This document shows, one piece after another, positions 1 to 11,900 of a stretch of DNA of 64,000 bases. Both the position numbers and the translations under genes were made by a program. Under the pieces are notes generated by a model. That model had not been told where the DNA came from. It saw nothing but the letters and a program-made list of their open reading frames with translations, and did not search any database. Each line of letters begins with the position of its first letter. The first letter of the stretch is position 1. Source of the stretch: Camelus ferus (lineage: Eukaryota); NCBI RefSeq assembly GCF_009834535.1, contig NC_045696.1, forward strand, positions 62,436,001-62,500,000. The letters are read 5' to 3'.

Positions 1-3000
1 AGACACAGACCATGAACCTCTCGTGGAGAGCTCTCTGGGAGGCTGAAGAGCAGTTGTAGTGGGAATGACTCAGTGGGACGCTTAGAAGACTAGGAGTCAC
101 GCCCTAAGAGTAGGGTGTATGAATTTGTCATTTTAGAGCTGGAGCAATTCTGGCTGAGATCCAGCGTATAACACCTGTAAGTGGATTCCTCTCATTTTTA
201 GAATTTTTGTGAGTCTCTTTTAAGATATAAAAATGTTTAAAGAATGACCTCCCTTCCTCCAAAAATTTAATCTTCAGAGTCCTGAAGTCTAAAAAACAAA
301 CCAAAAAAAAAAAGTTTATAAAGCTGAGTGGATTGGATGCTAACTTCTAGTAGTAGAATTTCAAGCATTGAGACAGGTCAGGGGAGAAAAATTCCAGTCA
401 TATGACATAGGCAGCCACCAGCTCCACCTGCTTTTAATCCGACCCTTCTGTCTCCAACCCTTCCCAGGTCAAAAGAGCTGCCAGTGCTCTATGAGCCTGC
501 TCTGTCCCCAGGAGGTGACAAATGGGCTCAGGAGCTCCCTGGCCAGAATGCGCAGTTCAGGAAAAAGCAGGTGGTACTCCTTTGTCAGCACAGTTCAGCT
601 GTGACTCAGCACATGTTCATTTTCCGCCTGCAGCCTAGGTGGAGCAGGATGGGTGAGGTCAGGGCCTGTACTAGAGTCAGAGGCCTCCCCCTGTCTACCC
701 TTCCCAAATGAGGGAGTGGTTGGTAATGACCAGGACCAACCCTACTGGAGGATGCTATGGAAGTCAATAAAATTGAGGCTGCCGTCTCTGGCCTTCTGCC
801 TAAGGGCATTTTGTCAACAACGTGATCTGTGCATGGGAAACAGTCTAGATGGGTCATTTTTGCACCTAGGATTTACTAGTATGAATAACCTCTCTACCTT
901 GGCAGACATAGAAACTAAAGTTGTTGGCATTTCATTTTGGCATTCATTTCGCAGCTCAGATGGTATCTCTACAGGCATCTACCTAAAAGTGATTGCCCCA
1001 ATTACCATTCATCCTCTTATGCATTTTAAAATTTCTTTCTTACCATTTTTCACAATCTGTAATTATCTTGTTTACTTATTTACTTATGTATTTATTGTCT
1101 ATTCATATCACTACAATGTAGGCTCTCTGAAAACAGGAACCTTGCTTTTTTCTGCATTCTTGTATCCTCAGAACTTAGGATAATGCCTGACACACAATAG
1201 ACTCTCAATACATTTTTATTGAATGAATGAATGAATTCGGAGGCTGAAAAATGCCCTAGGACCCAGAAAGATCCAATCATGAAAGTGAAAACAAAACCCA
1301 AATAAATATAAATATATTATATTTATGTGCTTTGACTTATTAAGATGGCTTCCCAGTTTGCTGTTTCTGCTCCATTCCCACAATTTCCCACAGGAATATC
1401 ATTCCCCTCATATGCACATTCATTTTCCAAATGGAGAAACTGATGCCCAGCAAAGTGAAATGACTTGAACAGAACTATGTGGCCAGTTACAGTTATGACT
1501 TGAACTTGGACACTAATTTCTGTCAGAGAAGTAATTCACTCATAGGATATTTTGGGATATTTACCTCATTCAGTTCCTCGTTCCTCAGAAAACAACAAAA
1601 CACCTCCTATGAGAAAAACGTTTTTGTCTCCATGAGACAAAAATCTATGGTACAAAGTCAGTGTTACATTTGACAAGTCAATAACGTCTACATAGGAGGT
1701 TATAGTCAAGGAATAACTAGCAAGGAGCAGTTTTGGCTAAGCCCGGTGACACTCTACGTTATTAGAGATGAGTGAGAGCAGGACACATGAGATGTCAACA
1801 AGGAAGTCTTGGACTCAGACTCTGGTTATTTTTAGCATTAGGAATATGGTTTCATATGGCTAAGGGGCAACTCTACCAGGGAGCAGGGGACTGACTGGCT
1901 TCATGAGACCTTCCCAGCATCTAGAGCCATCTGGACAAGGGCAGCACAGGAAGCATGAAGAACAGGAGTTTCTAATACCCACCCTCCCATGAGACTCTGC
2001 TGCCTCCTTCTGATTTGAGGGACAAATGCTGATTGCATGTACTTAATGCATTGATTGAGGAACTACTAATTTCATACTAAGTATGAGTGCTTTCTGTGTC
2101 CAGTTCTCATTTTCCCTTTGTATGTTACAGAAAGTGTACCCCAGCTCATTCATCCTTTCTTTCTTTCTCTTTGAAAATGTCACCCATTCTGAAACATGTT
2201 TTGAATTATAATAGGAAAGTATCACTGCCATCGAAAGGACAAACAAATAAAAACCCTGAGGTACCATATCTTCTCATGAGTGAGTTCACTGCCAACGGAC
2301 AGAAAAAGAATCACTCACTGTAAAGGGAGACTCTAGGACGATGAGTGATTTACCAAAGAAGAGCCTACCTTAGAGAATCTTTCTTAGCTCTCGAACAAGC
2401 CTCATCATTTACCGATATCTTTCATTAATTATGTCTAGCATTGTAGCAACGACTTCCGCAACCATCTTAAAGAAAGGCATCTCCCTTTAAAGTCACGAAG
2501 AACAGCCAATGGTGGCTTCTTCAGAGACAATTCAATACACAATGATGATCATAAATGTTAAACGCAAAACTGAAAAAAAAATCATAAAGCAAAGCAATTT
2601 AAAATGAAGAAAAATGATTATTTCAAAATACTAAAAAGCAAAACAACAACAACAAAAAAAACCCTGAAAGGAAACTATTCAGGTAGTAGAGCCACTTTGT
2701 GAAAATAGAAGCCACAGAACATCCCAGAAAACATTATATTAGGCCACCAGATTCAGTACAGTCAAGAAACAATATGATAGTTTCCTGCCCGAGGGACAAT
2801 GACTACTAACCTGGGCAATGTTTTCAGTTCTCTGCTCTGAGAACTGGTTTGACTCATTATTTCAGTTATGCCTAAGAATGCCGACAGCTCACATATTAGC
2901 TTTGGCAGGAAGGCAGCTCTTCTTGTTCTTAGAATTATTGCCTCCAAAGACAAATCCAATATGTCAACTCTAAATTATTTCCTTCACTCTTAGCTGTTGG

Positions 3001-3510
3001 TTGGCCAGACTATCTTTCGCACTAGATGGTGAGGACCTTGGGGCGGGAACGCTGCCCTTCATTTTTGCACCCCCCACTTCTAGTACAGAGGAATAAAGTT
3101 AACACACGATTGGTGTGGAGCCTGCCTCAAAAGTCAATCTCTTTTAAAGTCCTTTTTTATTTTATCCGTTCTGGTCATTATGCCTATCTTTTTGGCATTT
3201 GAAGGACTTTTTAAAGTACTTTGACCAAAAGCACCTCAGACTTAGTATTTCAAATTTTCAACATTTTATGAAGGATGCTGTTAGTTCCCTTGTGGCTGTT
3301 CTTTCTCTTTTATTTGCCATGAATCAAGATCTTAAAATCGCTAAATCATATTCTGGATTCTGAAGTGCTAATTATAAATACTACAAATTATAAAAACTAA
3401 CTTGTATAAAATATTATGGGCGACGGGAAGCAAGTTATTTCAAGTATTTACAACTGGGACCTACTTACAGACAATAGTCTTCAGAGTCTGTATAATCTCT
3501 ACATCTCAGC

Positions 3511-3600
3511 GGGGAGCGTAGAGCTCAATGGTAGAGTGCGTGCTTAGCATGCATGAAGTCCTGGGTTCAGTCCCCATTTAAAAAAAAAAACAAAATAAAA
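3511..3600 (+). mobile_element. tRNA-derived SINE (camelid Vic-1-like), short form
   Basis: GGGGAGCGTAGAGCTCAATGGTAGAG...GTCCTGGGTTCAGTCCCC head with A/B boxes and an A-rich tail, flanked by a ctc(t/c)acatctca target-site duplication. Confidence 0.85.
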
Positions 3601-3899
3601 CTCCACATCTCATCCATAGCTGCTTCCAGCTGCCTGCAAATTGCCCATCCTCACCTCAGTCCAGCTTTGCTGTTCAACCTCCATCGTGGATAACTGCCAA
3701 CGTTACCGGTTTGAAGGGGGTTGCCTTAGTGCCCACATCTAATGTCTGTGGAAATCCAGCAATTCCATCAAGAAAAAGCAAAACAAAATTGCCAAAAATT
3801 AGGGGGAAAAAAAAAACAGGCTACCCCTACAGATGCCAAAAGGGCAGTGCTTTGGCTACACTGCTTTTAGGAGAATTGACCTGGAACTTGCTTGAGTTG

Positions 3900-4860
3900 C
3901 TCACAGTCTAGAGGGAAAGACAAGCGAAAAAAGCAATGTAGGATTCAGAGGCCACGTAGGATCAGGACCTGTAATTAAGGTTAGAACTGGGCAGTATGGG
4001 AGCACCAAGGACAGTCACCTGACCCTGGTCTGAAGAGTCAGGGAAAGTTTCACTCAGGAGCAAATCCTGATCTGCATATGGAGGAACAAGCTGAAGTTAG
4101 CCAGAAATAGAAGGGTGAGGAGGTGGCCTCCCAGGCAGAAGAAAGACTGTCACACAAGAGAACTCAAAGAATTCAGTCCAGGGTCTGCAGGAGCAGTGGA
4201 ACATGAAGCTAAGGAAGTGGCCGAGGGCAGATCCCCCAACCTTGTAAATCATAACAAGGAGTTCAGATTTCAGTCTGAAGAAGAAGGGGAGTGATTGAAG
4301 GATTTAAATCGAGGAACTAATTTAACTTCCATTTTAAAAATAAAATCAGAATACCAACTTATTAATTCACAGTGAAAAAAGTCCCTAAAGAGCAGATCAG
4401 AGGCTGGAGTCCTCTGGGAAGCAGGTGCTCTGCCTCCAGTTGGCTGCAGGGGATGCCAGGGTCTGAAGAAGAAGTAGTTGGTGAAATTCAGGCAGCAGGT
4501 TAAAGTCACCTCATTCATGATGCAGTGGGCATCCACCTACCGCCTGCCCAGACACCTTCCACCTGGGAAGGGCACTGTCCTGAGCTGAGTGATGTCTCTG
4601 GCAGCAAAGGAAGATGGAGAGTGAAACCGGGAGTGTCCGTGAGGCGGCTGTTGCACTAATGTGTGTGATGAGACGGGCCTGAACAAACACAGTGGGCATG
4701 GGGAGAAGAAGGCAGATTTCAGAGGTTCTTAGGAGGCAGAAACAGGTGGACTTAAGGACCGATTTGATGTGGGAAGCAGGAGTCTCAGATAAGTGGGTAC
4801 CAGGAGCCAAAGAGGGAGAACGAAGACATGAAGGCATGTTTGTGCGGGAAGATAACTAGA
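3900..4860 (-). mobile_element. L2 LINE fragments (boundaries approximate)
   Basis: Purine-rich L2-like phrases such as ggagttcagatttcagtctgaag and gcagatttcagaggttcttaggaggcagaaacaggtggactt. Confidence 0.5.
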
Positions 4861-5122
4861 TTCATGATCTGCTTCCTGACACGTTAGGATTCTCTCTTGC
4901 CACTACTGAGTGCAGATCTTTTACACCTGCCAGACTGAACCACTTGCAGTTTCCCAAAGATGCCATCCTCTCTCAGGCCTCAGGCCTTTTGTCACATCGC
5001 TCCAGAAGACATGACACTGTCTCCCTCTCCTGCTCTCCCTGGATGACTCCAACTTTCCAGCTCACCAATGCTGTCTAGCCAGCCTTCTCTGGCCCTTCCC
5101 TTGCTTTCCTTCCTACCCAACT

Positions 5123-5572
5123 GTTGTGGGTTGAATTGTGTCCCCCCAAAAGATATGTTGACATCCTAACTCTTAGTACCTGTGAATGTAAGTGTATTTG
5201 AAAATAGGGTCTTTGCATATTTAATCAAATTAAGATGAGGTTACCAGGGTGGACCCTAATCCAATATGACTGCTGTCCTTATAAGAAGAAAAATGCCACA
5301 TGAAGACAGAAATTCATGGGGAGAACCACATGTGACAAAAGAGGCAGAGATTAGAATGATGCAGCAGCCATCAAGGAAGGTCAGGGATTGCCAGCCACCA
5401 CCAGAAGCTAAAACGAGCCAGGGATGGAGTCCACCCAGAGTCACAGAGGGAGCATGGCCCTGCTGACAGCTTGATTTTGGGCTACTAACCTCTAGAACTG
5501 TGAGAGAATAAATTTCTGCTGTTCTAATCTGCTTGGTAGTATTTTGTTAGAGCGGCCACAGGAAACTAATAC
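5123..5572 (+). mobile_element. MLT1-type MaLR solo LTR
   Basis: Begins tgtgggttgaattgtgtccccccaaaagatatgttg and ends ctagaactgtgagagaataaatttctg...ggaaactaataca. Confidence 0.85.
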
Positions 5573-5904
5573 ACCAACCATCTCCATGCGCCCATGTTCC
5601 ATACTTAAGAATGCTGTAAGTATTCAGGCATTTACCATCTAGTCTGGTGAGTTTTTGTTTTGTATTTATTGTTTAAACTATCAGTTTATCTTTAAGGACA
5701 AGAGTCACGTCTTACACATTTTTGTATATACAGCACACTGGCACAGTGAATGGATGCTTAATAATATATGTTTCTTATATGAGAGAAAAATGAGCCAAAA
5801 TTCTTGGTGCAATGTGGAGATTGGCAGGAGCTTAGAAGATGGCAGCAACAGAAAGAGGCAGACAGGGATACAGAGTAGCGGATCTGAGCTTCCGGAAGGA
5901 GTTT

Positions 5905-8900
5905 TTACCTTGGGGGTGGATCAGCGTGGGGGCGGTGATGAGGAAGGAAGCAGCCATGAGAGTCAAGGAGAAAGCCCGCCCCTCCCTGTCCCGAGCTCCA
6001 CGGCACCTGCGTGAACTGCCAGCCGTGATTTGTAAGAGCTGCAGGGGAGAGAAAAACCAGAATTCTGTTAGGGTGAGGAATGTAGGCAACGTTCTGGGAA
6101 GGCTTTTGGAGTCTCGGCCTCAGACAGGCTGGTACCCAGGTGTACGCCATCACCATGGTACCTCTTAATAAGCAGCCACTCTTCTGAGCCTCCAGAGAAT
6201 TCCCCAATGCTTGGCCATCCTTAGGTCCCCCCCAGTGAGCCCAGAAACTAAAGAAAGAACACTTGGTACAGCAGGGACCTCCAAGAATGACATGGGTCCA
6301 CATCTGCATGATGGCCATTCTTCTTTCTGCCTTGCTGGGGCCAGCCCACACCGTTTTGGTTATCGAATATTCTGAGCAGTTTGTGAGGAATGGAGGCTGG
6401 AGTGCCCAGTAGAAAGCGCCGAGGAGGAGAATGAGCACTGAGATGCCTGAAGATGACAGTGGGGAAAGAGGCTGCATGGCCAGGGATGCTGAGGGTGACA
6501 GGGTTGGGAGATCTAGTGGGCAGAGCTGGCCTTGGGTGTGAAAGAGCATGTCCTTTGTGCTATCTGAACTCTGGAAGCTGCCTGAGCTGGGAGAGAAGCA
6601 CGGCTAGCCTAGTTGGCTCCTAGAAGCAGTGGTCCGAGGAAGAAAGGGCTTCGTCAGGTCCCAGAGCCTGAAAAGATTGAAAATGGAATTTAATGCTTAT
6701 GGGGCAAGAGGGGAGCAAAAGACATTTGTGCTAAATTCTGCTTAGAGTTATTTTAGCATTGACTTAATTTTATTATATTCCAATCCTTAAAAAAGTATAA
6801 TCTTACATTTACTAAGTATGCTAGCTTGATTAAGCAGAAGACTTTACTCCTGCCCACTCTGTATAAATTTTCTTTATTTCTATGTTCCTCGACTGAGGAA
6901 GAAGAAACTTGAAACAAAAGCAGTTGACATGTTTCTGCATTCTCTCTGACCCTGAAGAAGTTGGAGGGACTTTATCCTGCAGCCTTAATTCATTGATTCC
7001 TATATGGAGGAATATAAGCTATATAAGCTATCAAGATCAAAGTAAGTTTCAGCTATAGTCACCCATAAAGTTCCACAATCCCTGCACCGCAGCCATCTTA
7101 GCACAGAATCAAATGTACTTCTGGACTCTCCTCTGAAATGTGGCAAATGTACTTGTCTCTGACAAGCACATCTGAGCAGTGGAAGAGTGCTGGAGTATTA
7201 GGGGTAGAGTGGACCTTCATAAAATTAAGATAAAGTTAATGTCTAAGGGCCGATCTTGGGCACAGCTGTGTTTCCAAGAGGTAAACCATTAACGACAGGC
7301 AATTAGAAAGGACATTCTAGTTAGTTACCTACAACATAACAGTATAGATGTCACAGTTTAAAAAAAATTCTGGAGACAAAGCTAGTGTTCACTTTGGCTT
7401 CATTTTTAGTTCAATTCAGTTCAAGATGCTGGCTAGAAAACCCCATATATGAGAAAATGTGAGGAAAAAATTCCTTTATGACCTAGAATGTGCTTGACAG
7501 GAGTTTTGTTTTTTTTTTTTAAAGATCATTGGAAAGCCTCAGCATTTCCTGTTTTATGTTTCACAAATGAGAACGTTTGCACTGAAACCACCCACCCCCG
7601 CTGCTGGTTTCCCAAGCATGAGCTTTTCTTGCAGTCTCCCCTACTCTGCTCTCCCCTGACTGCCTGTCTAGACACCAGTTGCTCTTGTGAGAGCTTTGTG
7701 GTTCCTAATGAGATTCCCCCCACTGCCTTAGCCCCAGGAGAATGCAGAAGGTCAGGGATCCTACATCCAGAGCACAGGCCCATTTCGCAAGAACACCTGA
7801 TGACAGACAGGAAGCCACACCTTTGTGAAAACAGCGACTTTGCTCTCAGAACAGCCCCAACACTCAGAGACACCTAATTAAAACTGGATGTGGTGTGTGT
7901 GTGAGAGAGAACAAAGAATTTTATTTCTGAAAGGGATTTGAACCTAAAATGAAAGAAAATGGCTGCTGTAGTTCAATTTATGAAAACCAAGCAATCGGTG
8001 GTAACTAGAAAAGGGCCTGGCCCATAACAAGCCCTCAGTGAAGATTTCTCACTGACCATTGTTGACAGCTTCCCCCATGAATACCTTCTCGGCTTTATTC
8101 AGCAGGCTTTCTTATTTCTACTATTTCCTTTCCAGCATTATAGCTAGTTAATACCTGACTCTGCCATGTAGAACAAGATATATAATCAGATAGTTTTCCA
8201 AGAAATTGATGTCTTTAAGGGAACTATCATTGGAGGTATGGGGATTTCAGAACCATTTGTTACTTATTCACTGATTCGACCAACATTTATCAAGGGCTTC
8301 TCAGGGACAGACACCGCATTCATTAAGTTATGTGGTTGGGGCAATGAGAGGAGAAATGCACCTGCTCCCAAAGAGGCCACCGTGGGAGAGACAGGCACTG
8401 GGAGAATTATGATACCAGGAGATAGAGGAATGCAAACAGTTCCCCAGGACCCTGGTGGAAGCAAAGACTAACTCTGCCTGAGCAGAGTACGAAGAAGGTG
8501 ACCTTTGAACTAGGGTAATTCCAGGGCGAGAATGGGGGACGGCATTTCACACAAATTAGCAAAGCATGAAAAAGTGAAGGAACATGGGGTGCTCTTGTTA
8601 CCCAACCAGGTTTGTTTTTCCTCAAGTGCAGCAAGCCAAAACACTGAGACACCAAGTTTTGCAGCACAGAGGGTTTATTTGCCAGGCAGCCAAGAGAGGA
8701 CAGGAGAATAAGTCTCAAATCCACCTTCTGAAACCTCAGGGCATAGGGTATTTATGGGATAAAGCAGCAGGGCCGTCCAAAGCGTGGGGGGTATGGGGAA
8801 AGGTGTCTGGGAAAAGGTGAGGTAATCACCGTTCTGCACAGCTGTAACTAAGCTACAGGCATCTGCACATTCAAAAACGGAGGCACTTAGCACAATCTGA

Positions 8901-11900
8901 GGGTGGAGTTTTGGGCCATCTGATGTCAAAAAGCCACTGAGCATACTTCAATTTAAAAAAAGAAAAGAAAGTCACTGAGCAGACACTCTCAGATGCCCAG
9001 TTGGAGGGTCATTGGTCTTATCCAGTCTCAACCAGCTCAGCTCAAACTAGACACAGCAGACTTCAAGTTCCTAGAAAACAACTCAGGCAAACATTTTATT
9101 GTTTAGGCTACGTGCTGCTTAGAGGACGTGTGAGTCTTAAAATGACCTTGATTAGTGAAGGCAGGTGAAATGGATTTGACTCACTGCCTGCGGTTTTACT
9201 CTGGCACCTTGAGAATGGTAGTGGGACTGGTCTTAAGAACCTTAAGGGAGAAAGAAAGTGGATGTGAAAAGACAGGGAGCCTAGAAAAAGAGATGGGGCC
9301 AGATTGTGAAGGCCTGAGGAGTTTGGACTTTATCCTATGCAATGAGCAGCCACTGAAGACTGAGCTCCTTGAGTAAAAGATGAAAGGGAGGAAGGGTCTA
9401 ATGAATTGTTCGCCCTGTGCCTAACACTGCATCTGGCAAAGCGGAGTTGATTTTAGAAACTATTTCATTACATAACTCAATTTAGTTTTTTAGTATGAGA
9501 GTAGCATGAAGACAAATGGACAGTAAGGAAAATGGAGATTGGTCCCTAGACCAATCTAGAGACTGTTACAACAGTCAAATAAAAATAATATTATATAATT
9601 GAGAAATTTCAAAGTAGGATACATGCATGCAAGCATAAATACAGTTATTAAAGTAAGAAGTCTTCCTGTTGTTAATAATGACTATAGACTTCAAAATATA
9701 TTTAGGGTTTTTCATGAAGTATTTATACTAACAACACATGTATTCTGAACAAAGTCTATACTCTTTATTCTGTTATGAGTTCACAGAATAACAAAATGCA
9801 ATAGAATCTGGCAATATTAGCACAATGAAACTATCATATATGGCATTGCTTGCTGACTAGTAATAATTCACAAGCCAGGCCAGTTGACACTTATGCAAAG
9901 TTTACAGTCACAAAAAAGCAAGAGATTTCTGGCAGGCACTAGATAAATTTGTAGCTTAGCCAAGAAAATAATTCACATTACCTATTACCATTCCAAAGCT
10001 CTTCACACTACTTACCCTGCTTTCTTTTTTCTTTCCATTTTTTACCTGAAAGATTTTGAAAAAAAAAAAAAGAAGAAGTACTTCTCTAGATTTCCTCAAT
10101 TTAACTACTTAAAGGGTCAGGAAATGTCTAGGAACTTTAAATGAAGACTTTGTATACCTGACAGGTGTCTCTATACTCTGTGGGTTTTCTCAGAAAAGTA
10201 CTTTGGCAACGTTCTGTGGTGAGCATGAGGAATTCTTTTGGTAGATATCTTTGAAGAGAAGAGAAACGGTGATGAGTTGCAAATCAAAGCCATTTTTTTT
10301 TAAGCAGAAAATGATTAATTTTTGTTCTTAGCTTTCTCTCTCTTTTTAATACTTCTGTATTTTTTAAAAAATAATCTTGCTCCTGCTACCATTAATTTAT
10401 ACCGTGTACTATAAAATCTGTGATTTTTCTTGTCCCATGGAGGGATTACCTGAAAAGGAAAAGAACAATGGCTATTCTTGGCAAGCAAAGAGCTGTTGTT
10501 GACTCAGTGGTCCCTAAAGTCCAACCTTTGCGTATTTTTCCAGAGGTTGGGGGTGGGCACTATCACTTCTCAGCTCAGTGAGCACTGCTCAGTGATTTAG
10601 ACAGGTCAGCTGTGGAGGCCATTTCTCACTTTGGAATTCTGTTCTTGGTGAGAAACCAAGTGGTGTTGGCCTCGGTAGCCTATTCCAATGAGCAGAGAGC
10701 CAACTGGACGTAAGGCAGTACATTCAGTGTGTCTCCTCTTTCTCCCTACTCATAGCATTGAATCAGGCAACCAGTCTTCAAAAGAGAGAAGAAATAATTG
10801 TCAGATAATTCTTACACATGTTTACATTTTTAAATAAATGAGTCTTGAGCTCAACAGCTACCTCCAGAAACTGACAGCAGAATGGAAGTTTCCATCCACA
10901 GTCCCTCTATTGGCAGCAAAACCCTCGACACACAGGAAATTTAGCACAAATACAGCCCAATTCAGTGCTTGGTCTGTTTGGTTCACATGACTTCCTATAA
11001 GAGAGGATCTCTGCACAGGCATGGAAGGGGAGCTCTCTTTAGAAGCATTTGGAAATCTTCTTTGGGCCACACTAAGGAGAAAAGTGGTTCAATTATTCTA
11101 AAATATAAGGAAAAACTGTACTGGCACTCATAATTTTGCAGGAAAACTAATATTTCTTTACTTTTTTACACACTGAGAAAGTCCTCTTCACATCTATTCA
11201 CTTTTAGTGGGTTTGGGAGTGGAAGAAATATTACAAGAGGCAAAAGCTTGACTTTTGATGATGGAAACATTTTTTCAAGATTCTTCAGAGAATACTTTAT
11301 CACTTCCTGTTTCAGTGCTTTTTATTTTATTAACTGTAATAAAACACATTATGTCATACTGCGGTAGCCCTTTTCATCAGAGTGTCTTAAAGCAAGGCAG
11401 TGTTTAATTTAGGGCCCAGTCACAGTCAGGTCCAGGAGATGACTGCCAGGCCCAAGCAGGAAGGAAGCAAATCTGCCCAATAATTTAGAACATCAAGGGA
11501 AGTTTTATGTATTCCCTTGAAAACAGGATTACCACCACTGACCTGGGTTCCTGCTGACAGGGTAGAAGTGGCGATGCAGGTATTGGACACTCGGATGGAA
11601 AGAACTCAGGAAGGGAGGTGGCCATCCAGTTTTCCCCTCAGTGAGAACCCAGAGGCCTGGTGGGGCTGTCAGGGTGTTATGTCAGACATAATGGGCAGTG
11701 GAAGATTTGTAGCTAGGCAGAGAGGTAGGGCCGGGAGAGAGAGGTGCCAAGGGTGGCTGTGAGGTCTCTGTCTGGGGAGGTCTCTGCAGAACACGTGCAG
11801 CTCTGATCAGCAACGTTGTTGCCTCCTGCCCTTCCTGCTCACTGCCCTCTCCATTGTCTCCAGTCAGCTATCATTCCTTTACTGAGGCCCAGGTCCATGC

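Noticed and set aside
653..1183. 176-aa plus-strand ORF
   Set aside because: Non-ATG start, its 3' half runs through an L2-like repeat, and no protein family was recognised.
2490..2570. Minus-strand DHHCVLNCL*RSHHWLFF, resembling a ZDHHC palmitoyltransferase motif
   Set aside because: Lacks the upstream CxxC zinc ligands, the conserved W and the transmembrane context, and has stops in frame; likely chance.
3290..3385. LALQNPEYDLAILRS, resembling the MYO16 post-IQ segment
   Set aside because: Out of order, since a colinear match to that region already exists at ~6700; treated as over-alignment.
3511..3575. tRNA-like sequences here and at the other six SINE heads
   Set aside because: A-rich tails, target-site duplications and degenerate stems identify them as SINEs, not tRNA genes.
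6288..6412. Plus-strand signal-peptide-like ORF MTWVHICMMAILLSALLGPAHT...
   Set aside because: Only 41 aa with no supported downstream exons, and antisense to the NYAP-like frame.
7810..7873. VLGLF*EQSRCFHKGVA as the MYO16 relay helix (and FSII*Y at ~9600 as the HYAG strand)
   Set aside because: Competing placements exist on each side of the L2/LTR insertion and cannot be resolved by eye, so neither was used as evidence.
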